DNA of 64,000 nt. Source: an uncultured delta proteobacterium. Lineage in GTDB: Bacteria; Desulfobacterota; Binatia; UBA9968. Below are positions 20,822-32,156 of this stretch, piece by piece (the stretch's first letter is position 1; every line of letters starts with the position of its first letter). A program made the translations under genes and the position numbers. The notes under the pieces are model-generated. The model had not been told where the DNA came from. It was given only the letters and a program-made list of their open reading frames with translations, and ran no database searches. Where the stretch lies: the NCBI GenBank assembly GCA_963760795.1, contig CAVXEP010000017.1, forward strand, positions 1-64,000. The letters are read 5' to 3'.

Positions 20822-23075
20822 TCACCGTCGCCACTCCAACCATTTGGCAAATATCTTTTTCACCGTCGGCGTCAGCTTGGTGCGCATATAGCCATCGCCG
20901 ATTTTGCGCAGCACCTCGGCCTGAGTCGGGTACGAATGAATCGTCGACGACAAGACGCCAACCGTCTGCTTCGCCGTAATCGCCAGCGTCAGCTCGCCCA
21001 ACATTTCGCCGGCATGGCGCGCGACGATGGTGCCGCCGAGAATCCTAGCAGTTTTCTTGTCGTAGTGAACCCGGGCAAACCCTTCCGCCTCGCCGTCGAG
21101 GATCGCCCGGTCGACATCGGCGAGGGACTGCGTGATCGTCGCCACATCGTAGCCCGCGGCCTGGGCATCCTTTTCATAATAGCCGACGTGAGCGATCTCC
21201 GGGTCGGTATAGGTGCACCAGGGCATGATCAAATCGGTCGCCTTGCGCCGCGACAGAAACAGCGCGTTGGCGATGACGATGCGCGCCATGGCATCGGCGG
21301 CATGGGTAAATTGGTAGCGCGAGCAAACATCGCCGGCGGCAAATACTCGAGGATTAGACGTGCGCATGCGCGCATCGACTTCGATGCCGCGCCTGCCATA
21401 GCGTACTCCGGCGGCTTCCAAACCCAATCCTTCGAGATTTGCCGTGCGCCCCACCGCTACGAGGATCGCGTCGCAAGCTAAATTCATCGGCTGGTCGCCG
21501 ATATTTAGCGATAAACTCTTCGCGCCGTTCACCTGCGCGGCGCTGTTGAATCTTCGCGCCGGTGATAATCGTCACGCCGTCTTTTTCGATTTGCTGACGG
21601 ACCACCGCCGCGGCGTCGCGATCCTCGCGCGGCATGATCGACCCACCGTCGGTGAGCAAAGTCACTTGGCTGCCGAAGCGTTGAAAACTTTGCGCCAGCT
21701 CGCAACCGATGGGCCCGGCGCCGATGACGGCTAGCCGACGCGGCAATTCGGTGAGCGTGAAAATCGTTTCGTTGGTGTAGTAGCCAGCTTCGCGCAGGCC
21801 GGTGATCGCCGGCTCGGCGGCGCGCGCGCCGGTGGCGATTACCGCGCGGTTGAACCGTAGACGTTTGCCGTCGACTTCGATGGTGTTGGGATCGACGAAG
21901 CGGCCATGGCCGATGAAGACATCTACGCCCAACTTGCGGAATCGCTCCGCCGAATCATGTTCGCTGATGCCAGCGCGCAGCCGGCGCATGCGCTCCATCG
22001 CCGCGGCAAAATCGATCTGCGGCTCGCCGGCATGGTGAACGCCGAACTCGGCGCCGTTGCGCGCGTCATGGGCGGCCCGCGCCGCGCGGATCACGCCCTT
22101 GGACGGCACGCAGCCAACGTTGAGGCAATCGCCGCCCAAGAGATTACGCTCGATCAGCGCGACCTTCGCGCCCAGCCCAGCTGCGCCGGCGGCGCTGACC
22201 AATCCCGCCGTACCGCCGCCGATGACAACCATATTGTATTTTCCCGCCGGTGTCGGATTGCTCCAGTGCGGCGGATGGCAGTTGTCGATCAGCCGTTTGT
22301 CGTGGGCATCGTCGGCAAGCAGCATTTCATCATAGGCCGCGGGTTTGTGCCGCGGATTGAGCAGCGGCTGACCGGTCGTGACACTTCCTTCTTGTTGCTG
22401 TTCCGCCTCACGCAACGCTTTGCGCGCGATGCGTGTCACGACCACGACCACTGCGACAGTCGCCAGCAATCCGACATATTTCACAATCGTTTGATAAAAA
22501 CCGGCGGAAGCGTCGGCTTGGCCGGCCAGCGCGTCGCGCGCCGCCGCGCCGATGTAGACGAATAAGAAAGTCGCCGGCAGCATGCCGAGTAAGTTGGCCA
22601 GCACATACGACGGCGTGCGCACCGCCGTGAGGCCAAGCAAATAGTTCAGCAGGACGAATGGAAACACCGGGCTTAATCGGGTCAGCAAAACCATCTTGAA
22701 ACCCTGCTTGCCGATGGCCTGATCGAGGGAGCGAAATTTCGGATTGGCGGACGCCCAGCTTGTGACTTTTTCGCGCAGGAAACTCCGCGCTAAGAGAAAT
22801 GACGTTAGAGCGCCGAGATTGGCGCCGATAACGACGACGATCAATCCAGTCGACAGGCCAAACAAAGTTCCTGAGCCGATGGTGATGGCGCTGCCCGGTA
22901 TGAACAGCACGGTGCACAAGACATATGCTAACACCATTACGACAGGCCCGATGGGTCCGAGCGACCGCACGTGGCCCTCGATCTGCATGAACCAAGCGCG
23001 CACCGGCAGAAACAGCAAGCCGACAAAAAGCACCGCCAGCAACAACGAAATCATTACAAGTTTGAGCCTTTTCAT
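20822..23075 (-). CDS. VTT/TVP38 (DedA-like) membrane domain fused to MerA-like pyridine nucleotide-disulfide oxidoreductase (indel ~21535)
   Basis: N-term LTRLSPVFPFVLLNY; C-term GGGTAG, GGDCLNVGCVPSK, GAGPIGCE, HSYPTQAE; no MerA C-terminal CC pair. Confidence 0.85.
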
Positions 23076-23158
23076 GATTCTCGTTAGCTGCGAGACGCCC
23101 TCGATGAGTTCTGTTTACTCCGTCAGAAATGAACGGCTGCTCGGACGAAATCACTGTG

Positions 23159-24122
23159 TCAGATCAGCGTGCCGCCGCAACTGCTACCGCTACCAGCAGT
23201 GCAAGCGTAGCAGTGATCGCCGATGATAATTGCCGGCTTGGTAACCTGTTCTAACGTAAGCGCAGCGATGTGCAGAGGTTTGCCGCCGCCGCTGTCGGCG
23301 ATCGGCAGATCGAGCATTTGATTGAAGTCACAGTCGTAAATCCCACCGTCCCAACCAACACTGATCAAATTGCGGCACATGACTTGATCGACGGTGGCGG
23401 CGTTGAAGCTGTTTTCAAGCAAATCCATATAAGGCTCATACTCGCGCGCGCAGTTTGAGATGAGTCGCGTAGCGTGTGATCGGCATGTTGGTGAGACAGA
23501 ACAGATGATTGAACTCGATGCCGAACTGTTCAGCGAGAATTCGCTTGTAGTCCTGCTCAAGTTTCTCCTGCGGCGGCGGTAAGTGCGGATCGACCGGATT
23601 GTAGACCAGATTTAGGACCAAGCCGCTGTCCGGTTGGCCGTAGCCGAGTTCGTTGAAAATTTGCAACGCCCGAATGCTGCCATCAAAGGTTCCTTTGCCG
23701 CGTTGCTTATCGACGTTTTCGATCGAGTAACAAGGTAGCGAACAAACCAATTCTACTTGATGACAGCGAAAAAACTCCGGCAAGTAGTCCTTGCCCGGCT
23801 CGAAGATCACCGTCAGATTGCAGCGATCCATCACATGCCGACCGAGCCCGCGCGCTGATGCGACCAGATAATCGAAATCCGCGTGGAGCTCCGGCGCCCC
23901 GCCGGTGATATCGAGAGTCGGAATGTTGGTATCGCCGAGAAAGCGCAGCACCGCGTCGACATTCTCCCGGCTCATCATCTCCTTGCGCGTCGGCCCCGCT
24001 TCGACGTGGCAGTGAATGCACGCCAAGTTGCAGTAGCGCCCAAGATTCACCTGCAGGACATCGACGGCCCGCCGCTTGAGTCCATTGCCGTTTAGATGCA
24101 GTCTTTCAGCGAAGGGTTGCAT
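23159..24122 (-). CDS. arsS: Arsenosugar biosynthesis radical SAM protein ArsS-like (TIGR04167 type; indel ~23450)
   Basis: LQVNLGRYCNLACIHCH, DITGGAPE, YDCDFNQML, HCYACTAGSGSSCGG. Confidence 0.85.
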
Positions 24123-24184
24123 GGCAGGATTCTATGAATTCGTACGCACTCGTAAATTTTGACTTTAAAATTTTACCTTTTTAC

Positions 24185-25378
24185 TTACGGACAACAGTTC
24201 GACCCCGGCCCGCACACCGCAGCGGAAATTTGCGTGACCTTGTACTCCAGCCCCTTGGTCTCCCGTGGATGGCGTTTGTGATCGCGCAAGCAGTCAAACA
24301 CGCCGGCGTTTTCCAACGCCACCTGTGTCCGTGGCGGCACCAGAATAAACTGTCCGGCATAAGGCGACTGGGAATAAAGTTTGAAAGTCTTGTCGCACAC
24401 CGCCATGCGCGCGCCGCGCTCCAGCGTATGACCGTCGTCGTCGACCACTTGTTTCCACGGGCCGCGGTAAATCACCGCATGATTGCGCTCGATGCACGGG
24501 CCCTCTTTACCTTTGTACGCCGTCACGGTAACGGCGCGAAACTCGATGCCCTCGACGGTCTGGTACGCTTCCGTGCGCAATTCTTCGATCTGAATGCCAT
24601 GAAACTTGGCGTCCTCGAAGGCGCGCAAGAAGTCCTCCTCTTGAAACGCACCCGACACACAGGCGCTCCACAGAGCGGGATCATTGGCTAAATGCTCGGG
24701 CACCGCCTCGTCGCTGACGATATCGGAGATCGCAATCCGCCCGCCGCGCTTGAGCACGCGGTACATCTCGGCGAATAATTGTTTCTTGTCCTCGGGCCGG
24801 ACGAGATTGAGCACGCAGTTGGACACGATCACGTCGATGGACTCATCGGCGATGAGTGGCTGTTCCTGGCGCACCTTCGCTTGGTAATCTTGCAGGTTGG
24901 CCAGATCGGCCACGGAGCGAACCGGATTAGCTTGTAGATAGCCATCGACTAAATCGACATCGGTTTGCAAGTCTTGAATCTTGCCGCGGCGAAACTCGAC
25001 GTTGTTAAAGCCCAGTTTTTCGCCGATGGATTTCTGGTACTTGCGCGCCAACTCCAACATCGGCGGATTGAAATCGACGCCGATGACTTTGCCATTGGCG
25101 CCGACAATTTGGCAAATAATGTAGCAGGCCTTGCCGCTGCCCGAACCGAGATCGAGGACCGTCTCTCCGGGATGAATGAAACGCGACGGGTCGCCGCAGC
25201 CGTAGTCCTTTTCGATAATTTCGTCCGGGATGACTTTGAGTAAAGCCTTGTCGTAACTAACCGGCAGGCAGAGACAAGCTTCGACTTCCTCGGCGGCGTT
25301 GCCATAGCGCTGCAACACAGCCGCTTCCAAGTCAGTAGGTCCATTACTAACGCCGCGGTTGACAATCTCCGAATCCAT
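24185..25378 (-). CDS. ArsM-like arsenite SAM methyltransferase
   Basis: LCLPVSY, DYGCGDP, LDLGSGSGK, SNCVLNL, W.ACVSGA, Cys-rich C-terminus CGPGSNCC; directly upstream of arsS. Confidence 0.8.
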   Translation of the reverse strand: MDSEIVNRGVSNGPTDLEAAVLQRYGNAAEEVEACLCLPVSYDKALLKVIPDEIIEKDYGCGDPSRFIHPGETVLDLGSGSGKACYIICQIVGANGKVIGVDFNPPMLELARKYQKSIGEKLGFNNVEFRRGKIQDLQTDVDLVDGYLQANPVRSVADLANLQDYQAKVRQEQPLIADESIDVIVSNCVLNLVRPEDKKQLFAEMYRVLKRGGRIAISDIVSDEAVPEHLANDPALWSACVSGAFQEEDFLRAFEDAKFHGIQIEELRTEAYQTVEGIEFRAVTVTAYKGKEGPCIERNHAVIYRGPWKQVVDDDGHTLERGARMAVCDKTFKLYSQSPYAGQFILVPPRTQVALENAGVFDCLRDHKRHPRETKGLEYKVTQISAAVCGPGSNCCP

Positions 25379-25579
25379 AACCCCTCCGACAATTGGCTGC
25401 GAACTTGATCGATGCCGAGAAAATCATCTTGATCGAATCGGCGCAAGCTAAAACCGCACACACCCAGCCAGCGCAATTGTTTAGATGTCGTCACAACGAC
25501 AGAAGTTGCCGAAAAGTTCCGTGGGGCTGGGCGGGGCGGACGTCTTGCCCCTCACTCCTTACCCCTCACCTTCTTAAAC

Positions 25580-26684
25580 TTAAACCGGCTCGTCCGCCAT
25601 CAAAAGATAGGCTTCGATAAACTGATCGAGATCGCCGTCGAGCACCGAATCGGCGTTGCCGACCTCGACATTGGTGCGGTGGTCCTTGACCAGGCGGTAG
25701 GGCGCGAGCACATAGGAGCGGATCTGGCTGCCCCAGGCGATGTCTTTCTTGGTCTTGTGATAGGACTCCATCTTTTCTTTTTGTTTTTTGACCTCGAGCT
25801 CGTAAAGCCGCGATTTGAGAATCTTCATCGCCATGGCGCGGTTTTTATGCTGCGAACGTTCGTTTTGACAGGCGACCACGATATTGGTCGGCAGATGGGT
25901 CAAGCGCACCGCCGAATCGGTTTTATTGACATGCTGGCCGCCGGCGCCGCTGGAGCGGTAGGTATCGACGCGCAGATCGTCGTCATTAATTTCGATTTTA
26001 ATATCGTCGTCGACCTCGGGATAAACGAAGACCGATGCGAACGATGTATGGCGGCGCGAGTTGGCATCGAAGGGAGAGATCCGCACCAAGCGGTGAATTC
26101 CGGCTTCGGCTTTGAGATATCCGTAAGCATAGTCGCCGGTAACGCTGAACGTAACGCTTTTGACCCCCGCTTCCTCGCCCGGCTGATAATCGAGTATCTC
26201 TTTGCGATAACCGCGCCGGTCGCACCAGCGCAGATACATGCGCAGGAGAATCTCGGCCCAGTCCTGCGCCTCGGTGCCGCCGGCGCCGGGATGAAGCGTA
26301 ATCAGAGCGTTACGCCGGTCGTCGGGCTCGCCGAGAAGCTGAGCAAGCTCGGTCTGGGCCATCTCCTTGGTGATCGCTGTGACTTTGCCGGCGGCTTCGC
26401 CGAGCGCGTCTTCGCTTTTCTCGTCTCTAGCGACGTCGAGAAAAAACCGTGCCTCTTCAAGATCGGCTTGATGTTTTTCCCAACTCGAGAGAATCGCTTT
26501 GAGAGCGGACTGTTCTTTGAGAACGGTTTGGGCTTTGTCGGCGTCGTTCCAGAAATCCGGCTGGGCGGTGATTTGGCTCAGCTCTTCGACGCGCTTCTGC
26601 TTGCTGTCGACGTCAAAGCCGCCTCCGCAGCTGCTCAAGACGCCCTTCGAGATGGGTAAGTTGTTCTGTGGTATCTTCGATCAT
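25580..26684 (-). CDS. prfB: Peptide chain release factor 2 (programmed +1 frameshift)
   Basis: SPF and GGQ motifs; first 23 codons MIEDTTEQLTHLEGRLEQLRRRL end at CTT TGA C. Confidence 0.96.
26612..26626 (-). promoter_or_regulatory. prfB +1 frameshift site with internal Shine-Dalgarno
   Basis: mRNA GGAGG-CGG-CUU-UGA-C, the canonical RF2 autoregulatory signal. Confidence 0.93.
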
Positions 26685-26727
26685 TGGATCTTTCTTCCGA
26701 CTGGGACCTGACCTGCAACTGTCAGTA

Positions 26728-27177
26728 TTATAGCTTCAATAGCCCGCGGTCACAAAGGTGGGCGTAAAGTTTCCGCTCATAAGCGAACATGATCTGCGCC
26801 TGGCGCGGCGATTTTTCATGATCGTAGCCGAGCAGGTGCAGGATACCGTGAATCAGCAGGGTCCCTATCTCGCTTTTGAGGGACTTGCCCTGCGCTTTGG
26901 CTTGGCGTCGCGCCTGTTCCACGGAGATCACCACGTCGCCCAAAATTTTTGCGCCCAACATGGGTTGGTCTTCGACGATGAAGGACAAGACATCGGTGGT
27001 TTGCTTTTTTTTGCGATACTTGGCGTTGAGCGGACGCATTTCGCGGTCGCCCACCAGGGCGATACTAAGCTCGGCGTGGTTTTGTTTGAGGGCTCGAAGG
27101 AGAGTCTCCGCGGTCCTACGCAGTGCCGCGGTCGGATACTTGGTCCCCGCGCCCAACCGAGTGATCTCAACAGCCAT
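26728..27177 (-). CDS. ybeY: rRNA maturation RNase YbeY
   Basis: TDVLSF, LGDVVIS, HGILHLLGYDH. Confidence 0.95.
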   Translation of the reverse strand: MAVEITRLGAGTKYPTAALRRTAETLLRALKQNHAELSIALVGDREMRPLNAKYRKKKQTTDVLSFIVEDQPMLGAKILGDVVISVEQARRQAKAQGKSLKSEIGTLLIHGILHLLGYDHEKSPRQAQIMFAYERKLYAHLCDRGLLKL

Positions 27178-27202
27178 TCTAATCAAATTACCAGCTGCAT
27201 TC

Positions 27203-27229
27203 TGTCATTTCGAGCGCAGCGAGAAATCT
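27203..27229. repeat. REP-like palindrome TGTCATTTCGAGCGCAGCGAGAAATCT
   Basis: Near-identical to TGTCATTTCGACCGAAGGGAGAAATCT at 52595. Confidence 0.6.
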
Positions 27230-27279
27230 CTCCCCCACCGCGCAGATAAGCCAGAAGCAAGTTAATCCATGACCTCGGC

Positions 27280-28359
27280 TTAACGGGTGTTGAAAACTTG
27301 CTGATAGGAAGCGATTAGCTCGGTCAAATTAGCGCCGAGATAGGCTGGATTGACGAAGACGAAATCTTTTTTGTAAAGTTCCTGATGGCGGGGAATCTGT
27401 TTGACGCCCCTGCGCAAGGTAATCCGCGGCACTTGCTGCGCTAACACGGTCTGGCCTTCTTCGGAAAGCATCCAGTCGATGAACAGCATCGAGGCATGCG
27501 GATGGGCCGCCCGGCGCATCAAGGCCAAGCTGTTGGGCTCAGCGGGATAGGGGTCCAGTAAGCGATAGTCCACCGGCGCGCCTTTTTCTTTGTACTCTGT
27601 CGCGCGCCGTCCCCGCGCCGCGATCACCATCGAGGATTCGCCGGCGAGCATCAACTGCAAGCGCATGATGCTGCTGCCGCCGGGAATATGCAGCTGCTGG
27701 CGTGCCAGGGCGCGCATAAAATCCATCCCTTTCGCCTTGCCCATGCCGTCGAGCAGGACCGAATACCAGGCGTATTCGTCGCTGCCAAAATTCATCTTGC
27801 CGCGCCATTTGGGATTTAACAGATCCTGATAACTCTTGGGCGCGTCGTCGGGAGCGACCAATTTAGTATTCAAAGCGAGCACGATGGGCGTGACTTCCGT
27901 CGACGACCAGTAACCCTGCGGGTCGAAGGAACCGGCGGGGAACGCTATCAGCTCAGGCGAAAGATAGGGCGCGGAGAAATTGCGCTGCTTGAGTTCCCAC
28001 ATCTCCACCGGCGCCGACGCGACCAGATCGACGGCATAGTGCCCGGCCCGCGCTTCGGTCTCGATCTTCGGCATGATCGAAGATTGCGACAAGCGATTGG
28101 TTTTGATCTTGACGTAAGGATAACTCTTCTCGAAAGCGCCGACGATCTTGGGGAAGTCGGTCAAGCTCATCGAGGTGTACCAAACCGCCTCGCCTTCCTT
28201 GCGCGCGCCCTCCTCAAGCAAGCGCTTGCGCTGCGGCGCGCTTAGGTTGCGCAGATTCTTGACAGCCTCGTCGGCCGTCGCCGCAAGCAAAGGCTTGGGC
28301 CACTCGACCCAGCCAAAGGTCGCGGAATAGAAGAAAAAACAAAAAATGAGTCGCAGCAT
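27280..28359 (-). CDS. Extracellular solute-binding protein (AfuA/Fe3+-thiamine type)
   Basis: Signal peptide; ARKEG..VWYTS, PKSYQDLLNPKWRG, APHPHA..LFIDW.LSEEGQ-like motif. Confidence 0.85.
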   Translation of the reverse strand: MLRLIFCFFFYSATFGWVEWPKPLLAATADEAVKNLRNLSAPQRKRLLEEGARKEGEAVWYTSMSLTDFPKIVGAFEKSYPYVKIKTNRLSQSSIMPKIETEARAGHYAVDLVASAPVEMWELKQRNFSAPYLSPELIAFPAGSFDPQGYWSSTEVTPIVLALNTKLVAPDDAPKSYQDLLNPKWRGKMNFGSDEYAWYSVLLDGMGKAKGMDFMRALARQQLHIPGGSSIMRLQLMLAGESSMVIAARGRRATEYKEKGAPVDYRLLDPYPAEPNSLALMRRAAHPHASMLFIDWMLSEEGQTVLAQQVPRITLRRGVKQIPRHQELYKKDFVFVNPAYLGANLTELIASYQQVFNTR

Positions 28360-28523
28360 GATGGTTTCCGCCGATCTCGAGTAAGTTTCATCTAACATCG
28401 GCCGGGTCAAAGGATCAAGGTGGGCGGTTGGCGGGCGGTTCCAACGCCGCGGGAAGTGACGATAAATTGACATGCGAGAGTCGATTTGCTAACTAGGTTG
28501 GAAGCTGAATCTAGGAGGAATAG

Positions 28524-28796
28524 ATGACCTACATTATTGCTGAACCCTGCATCGGGACCAAAGACACTGCCTGCGTCGATGTCTGCCCGGTTGATTGTAT
28601 TCACCCGACCAAGAACGAGACCGAAGAATTCGAGAAAGAAACTAAGCTCTATATCGATCCCGAGGAGTGCATCGATTGCGGCGCTTGCGAGCCGGTCTGT
28701 CCGGTAGAAGCGATCTTTGAGGAAGCGGCGGTTCCAGACAAGTGGAAACAGTTTATTCAAATCGACGCTGACTGGTTTAAAGCTAAAAAAGCCTAA
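28524..28796 (+). CDS. 7Fe-type ([3Fe-4S]/[4Fe-4S]) ferredoxin
   Basis: [18 protein letters not shown] and [12 protein letters not shown]; AGGAGG RBS. Confidence 0.93.
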   Translation: MTYIIAEPCIGTKDTACVDVCPVDCIHPTKNETEEFEKETKLYIDPEECIDCGACEPVCPVEAIFEEAAVPDKWKQFIQIDADWFKAKKA

Positions 28797-28827
28797 CCTC
28801 TAACCACCTGCTGCGTGCCGTTTTACC

Positions 28828-28861
28828 AAGGGCTGAGAAGAGTTTCTCGGCCCTTCATTTT
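28828..28861 (+). terminator. Rho-independent terminator after ferredoxin
   Basis: AAGGGCTGAGAA-GAGT-TTCTCGGCCCTT stem followed by a T-rich run. Confidence 0.65.
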
Positions 28862-28942
28862 CTCTACCGCTGAATTTACTTTCCCCGCCGCCTTGACTCC
28901 GCTTCAAGCTCTGTTGTAGGCAGAGCATCTAAGGAGAACTGC

Positions 28943-30011
28943 ATGGTCCTCGTCCTAAAAAACCATCAGATGGAAAACTTGCTGCCGATGGCCGAAGAAA
29001 TCGATGCCATCGAGCTCGCATTTCGCGAGTTGGGCCAGGGCAAGGCGATGCTCGCGCCGCGCGCCCGGCTGCGCACACCTTGGAAAGAGGAAGGCGGCCA
29101 GTATTATTTTAACAACATCATGGGGCTGGTGCCCGGCATGAAGTCGATGGCGCTGCGCATCGACTCGAGCTTTTCCAAGGAAATCCAGGTCGACGGCAGC
29201 AAGCGGCGCGTCTATCCTGGCGATTTCATTGGCCTGGTCATGCTCTTCGACATGGACACCTGCAATATCTTGGCGATCATGGACGATCACTACATCTCGG
29301 CCATGCGCGTCGGCGCCACCAGCGCGGTGGCGAGCAATTACCTGGCGCGCAAAGACGCCAGCGTCATGGCCCTACTCGGCTCCGGCGAACAGGCCAAGAC
29401 CCAGGTCACCGCCCATGCCTGCGTGCGCAAACTAACCAAGGTCAAAGTCTACAGCCCGACCAAGGCGAACCGGGAGAAATTCGCCAAGGAGGTGAGCGCG
29501 GAAACCGGCATCGAGGTCGTGCCGATGAATTCCGCCGAAGAAGCGGTCCGCGGCAGCGACATCGTCACCGCGGCGACCAACACCGTCGATCCGGTGATCT
29601 TGGGCAAGTGGATCGAGCCCGGTATGCATCTCAACAGCATCGTCGGCGGCGACGGCTTCCTGCCGAGAAAAGAGCTGGACGACGAGGCGGTGTTGAAAGC
29701 GAATCTAATCGTCGTCGGCTACAAAGCGCAGATCTTTCTCGACAAGCAAGCCGAGTTTCACGACCGCCTGGAGCGCGGCCTGGTCAAAGCCGAAGATCTC
29801 CATGAGCTGGGCGAGCTGGTCAACGGCAATTGCCGCGGCCGCCAGAGCGAGCAAGAAATCACTTTTTTCAAGAACAACACCGGCATGGGCATTCAGTTCG
29901 CCGTCACCGCGCAGAAAGATGTACGACAAAGCCAGAGAAAAAGGCATCGGCACCGAATTGCCGCTTGAACTGTTCATGACCCAGCGTGGCGACAAACTGT
30001 TTTCACCGTAA
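28943..30011 (+). CDS. Ornithine cyclodeaminase/mu-crystallin family protein (indel ~29912)
   Basis: SAMRVGATSA, GSGEQA, GSDIVTAATN, PGMHLNSI, ELGEL, GR...EITFFK. Confidence 0.88.
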
Positions 30012-30073
30012 AGAGTCCGCGCAAGGCGTAAATAGTTAGGAGTTAGGAGTCCTCCTGCACCCATTTCGACGGT

Positions 30074-30127
30074 TTGAACGGAGCGTAGCGATTGAACGGA
30101 GCGAAGCGGTTGAACGGCTTGAACGAA
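30074..30127. repeat. TTGAAC 9/18-nt periodic tandem repeat
   Basis: TTGAACGGAGCGTAGCGA TTGAACGGAGCGAAGCGG TTGAACGGC TTGAACG. Confidence 0.75.
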
Positions 30128-30202
30128 AACGTCCAGACCGACACCGACTCCAGTGAAAATCAGCAACTCACTCAATAATCGAATTCGACAGGAGTAATTA
30201 TT

Positions 30203-30910
30203 ATGCGCGACTGGGAAGCGTTCATACCTGAAACAGAAAGAGAAATTTACGAGAAGGCCGGCTACAAAGGCAAAGAAAAGTTCGGCGCTAATCCGGCGTT
30301 GATTATCATCGACGTCATTACCGGCTTCACCGGCACCAAACCCATGCCGGTGATGGAGGCGATCGACGAGTTTCCCACCAGCTGCGGCCAGGTGGCCTGG
30401 GACGCGCTGCCCAGGATTAAAGAGCTGCTCCACGCCTGCCGCGACGCCGAGATTCCGGTGATCTATTCCACCAGCGATCCCGATTTCAAAGCCGCCTTCG
30501 GCAACGCCACCAAACGCGGCGTCGACAAGACCGATTTCGAAAAACTCGCCGTCGAGTTTCCCGACATGATCAAACCGCGCGACAACGAATTCATCGTGCG
30601 CAAGGCCCGCGCCAGCGCCTTCTTCGGCACCCACTTGATTACTTATCTGGTCCGCAAAAACATCGACAGCCTGCTGATCGCCGGCACCAGCACCTGCGGC
30701 TGTGTGCGCGGCACGGTTCTCGACGGCTACTCCTACGGCTACCCAGTTTTCCCGGTCGAGGAATGCATCTTCGACCGCTCGCGCACTTCGCACTTGGTCA
30801 ATCTCTTCGAGATGAACGCCAAGTACGCCTCGGTGATCCAGCTCTCGGAAGCATTAGACTATGTGAGTAAGATCAAACGAATGGAAGGCAGAAAAGCTGT
30901 AGCAATTTAA
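30203..30910 (+). CDS. Isochorismatase-family cysteine hydrolase (maleamate amidohydrolase / N-carbamoylsarcosine amidase-like)
   Basis: PALIIIDV, RKARASAFFGT, GTSTCGCVRGT (Asp-Lys-Cys triad). Confidence 0.85.
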   Translation: MRDWEAFIPETEREIYEKAGYKGKEKFGANPALIIIDVITGFTGTKPMPVMEAIDEFPTSCGQVAWDALPRIKELLHACRDAEIPVIYSTSDPDFKAAFGNATKRGVDKTDFEKLAVEFPDMIKPRDNEFIVRKARASAFFGTHLITYLVRKNIDSLLIAGTSTCGCVRGTVLDGYSYGYPVFPVEECIFDRSRTSHLVNLFEMNAKYASVIQLSEALDYVSKIKRMEGRKAVAI

Positions 30911-30916
30911 CGGGAG

Positions 30917-30967
30917 GGAGGGCGGACATTCCTGTCCGCCTGGCGGGTTGGAAAACCCGCCCTCCTA
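30917..30967. repeat. GGAG-type REP doublet
   Basis: GGAGGGCGGACATTCCTGTCCGCC-TGGCGGGTTGGAAAACCCGCCCTCC; second copy at 35728. Confidence 0.75.
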
Positions 30968-31018
30968 TAGAACCAAATGCGCGCCTAAGTTTCATACAAT
31001 TGATGAGGAGCTTTGCCC

Positions 31019-32156
31019 ATGGCAACCGAATCCCCGTTCGTGGATCAAGAATATTTCGACCGCCATGCGCGCGCCCAGGCGCTCATGCAGCGCGACGGTC
31101 TCGACGCGCTAGTCGTCTCGGAAAAAAATAACTACTGGTACTTCAGCGGCCTGATCAGCTACCAGCTTCGACCACATCCAGCGACCACAGATCTGCATCC
31201 TGCCCAAGACCGGCAAGCCGCTCCTGCTGGTTTACGGCAACGACAAAGCCAAGGCCAAAGCGCTGCCCTGGGTCGGCGAAGTGCGCTCTTACACCGACGT
31301 GCCTTTTCCCCAGGAAATGATCGCCGCCAGCATCAAGGAAATGGGGCTGGGCGAAAGCAAACTCGGATTCGAGCTCGGCGACGATCAGCGCTTGGGTATA
31401 CCGGTGAACTATCTATCCGGTCTCACCGAAGCTCTACCGAAAGCGCAAGTCAAAGACGGCACTGCCGCATTGAACGAGATGCGCATCATCAAGAGCCCGC
31501 GGGAAATCGACTTCCTGCGCAAGGCTTGCGAGATTTCCGTCAAAGCCTACGACCGCTGCCTGCCGCAGCTAAAGCCCGGCATGACCCGCCGCGAAGTCGC
31601 CGACCGGCTCTATATTTCGATGATCCAGGAAGGCGCCCATCCGCGCCATCCGGGATTCTTAATGTTAAATTCGTCGACCCGCTACGACGACCGGCGCTAC
31701 GAAAAGGGCGATCGTATGATCGCCGATTTCGGCGCCTGCTACGAAGGTTACTACGGCGATATCACGCGCATGGCGATCTTCGGCGAACCGACCGCTGAAC
31801 ATAAGAAAGATCACGAGACCGCCTGCGACGTAATTCAGCTCTGCTTCGAGTCCATGAAAGTCGGCACGCCGCTGGCAGAAGTCTCCCGCGTCGCCAACCG
31901 CGAATTGATCAGGCGCGGCTACCAAGCCGTCGACAGCCCCAAGCGCATCGGCCACGGCATCGGCATGTCGCGAGCGGAACCGCCGTCATTGAATGAAGTC
32001 GAGACCGAGACCTACCGTCCCGGCATGGTGCTCGCACTGGAACCGAAAGTGCGCTCGGAAAAGAGCGCTGTCCATCTCGAAGAAGATGTTCTGATCACCG
32101 ACAAGGGACAGGAGTTTTTGACCAGCGGTTGCCGAAGATTGGATGTAATCAATTAA
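31019..32156 (+). CDS. M24 / Xaa-Pro peptidase (creatinase-fold) family protein (indel ~31165)
   Basis: Creatinase N-domain; MRIIKSPREI, DFG..YEGYYGDITR, GHGIG, ALEP, HLEE. Confidence 0.85.

Noticed and set aside
20822-22330. Mercuric reductase MerA / mer operon
   Set aside because: No C-terminal Cys-Cys pair, no NmerA domain, no merR/T/P; the context is the ArsS cluster.
23159-23215. Possible selenocysteine in the ArsS C-terminal GSSC/U motif
   Set aside because: The codon is TGC (Cys), not TGA.
28468-28496. Sigma70 promoter for the ferredoxin (TTGACA-17-TAACTA)
   Set aside because: Perfect -35 but the -10 lacks the conserved final T; too weak to call.
30074-30127. CRISPR array suggested by periodic repeats here and at 39524, 41574, 54078, 62612
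   Set aside because: Units are 7-18 nt without unique spacers, and there are no cas genes.
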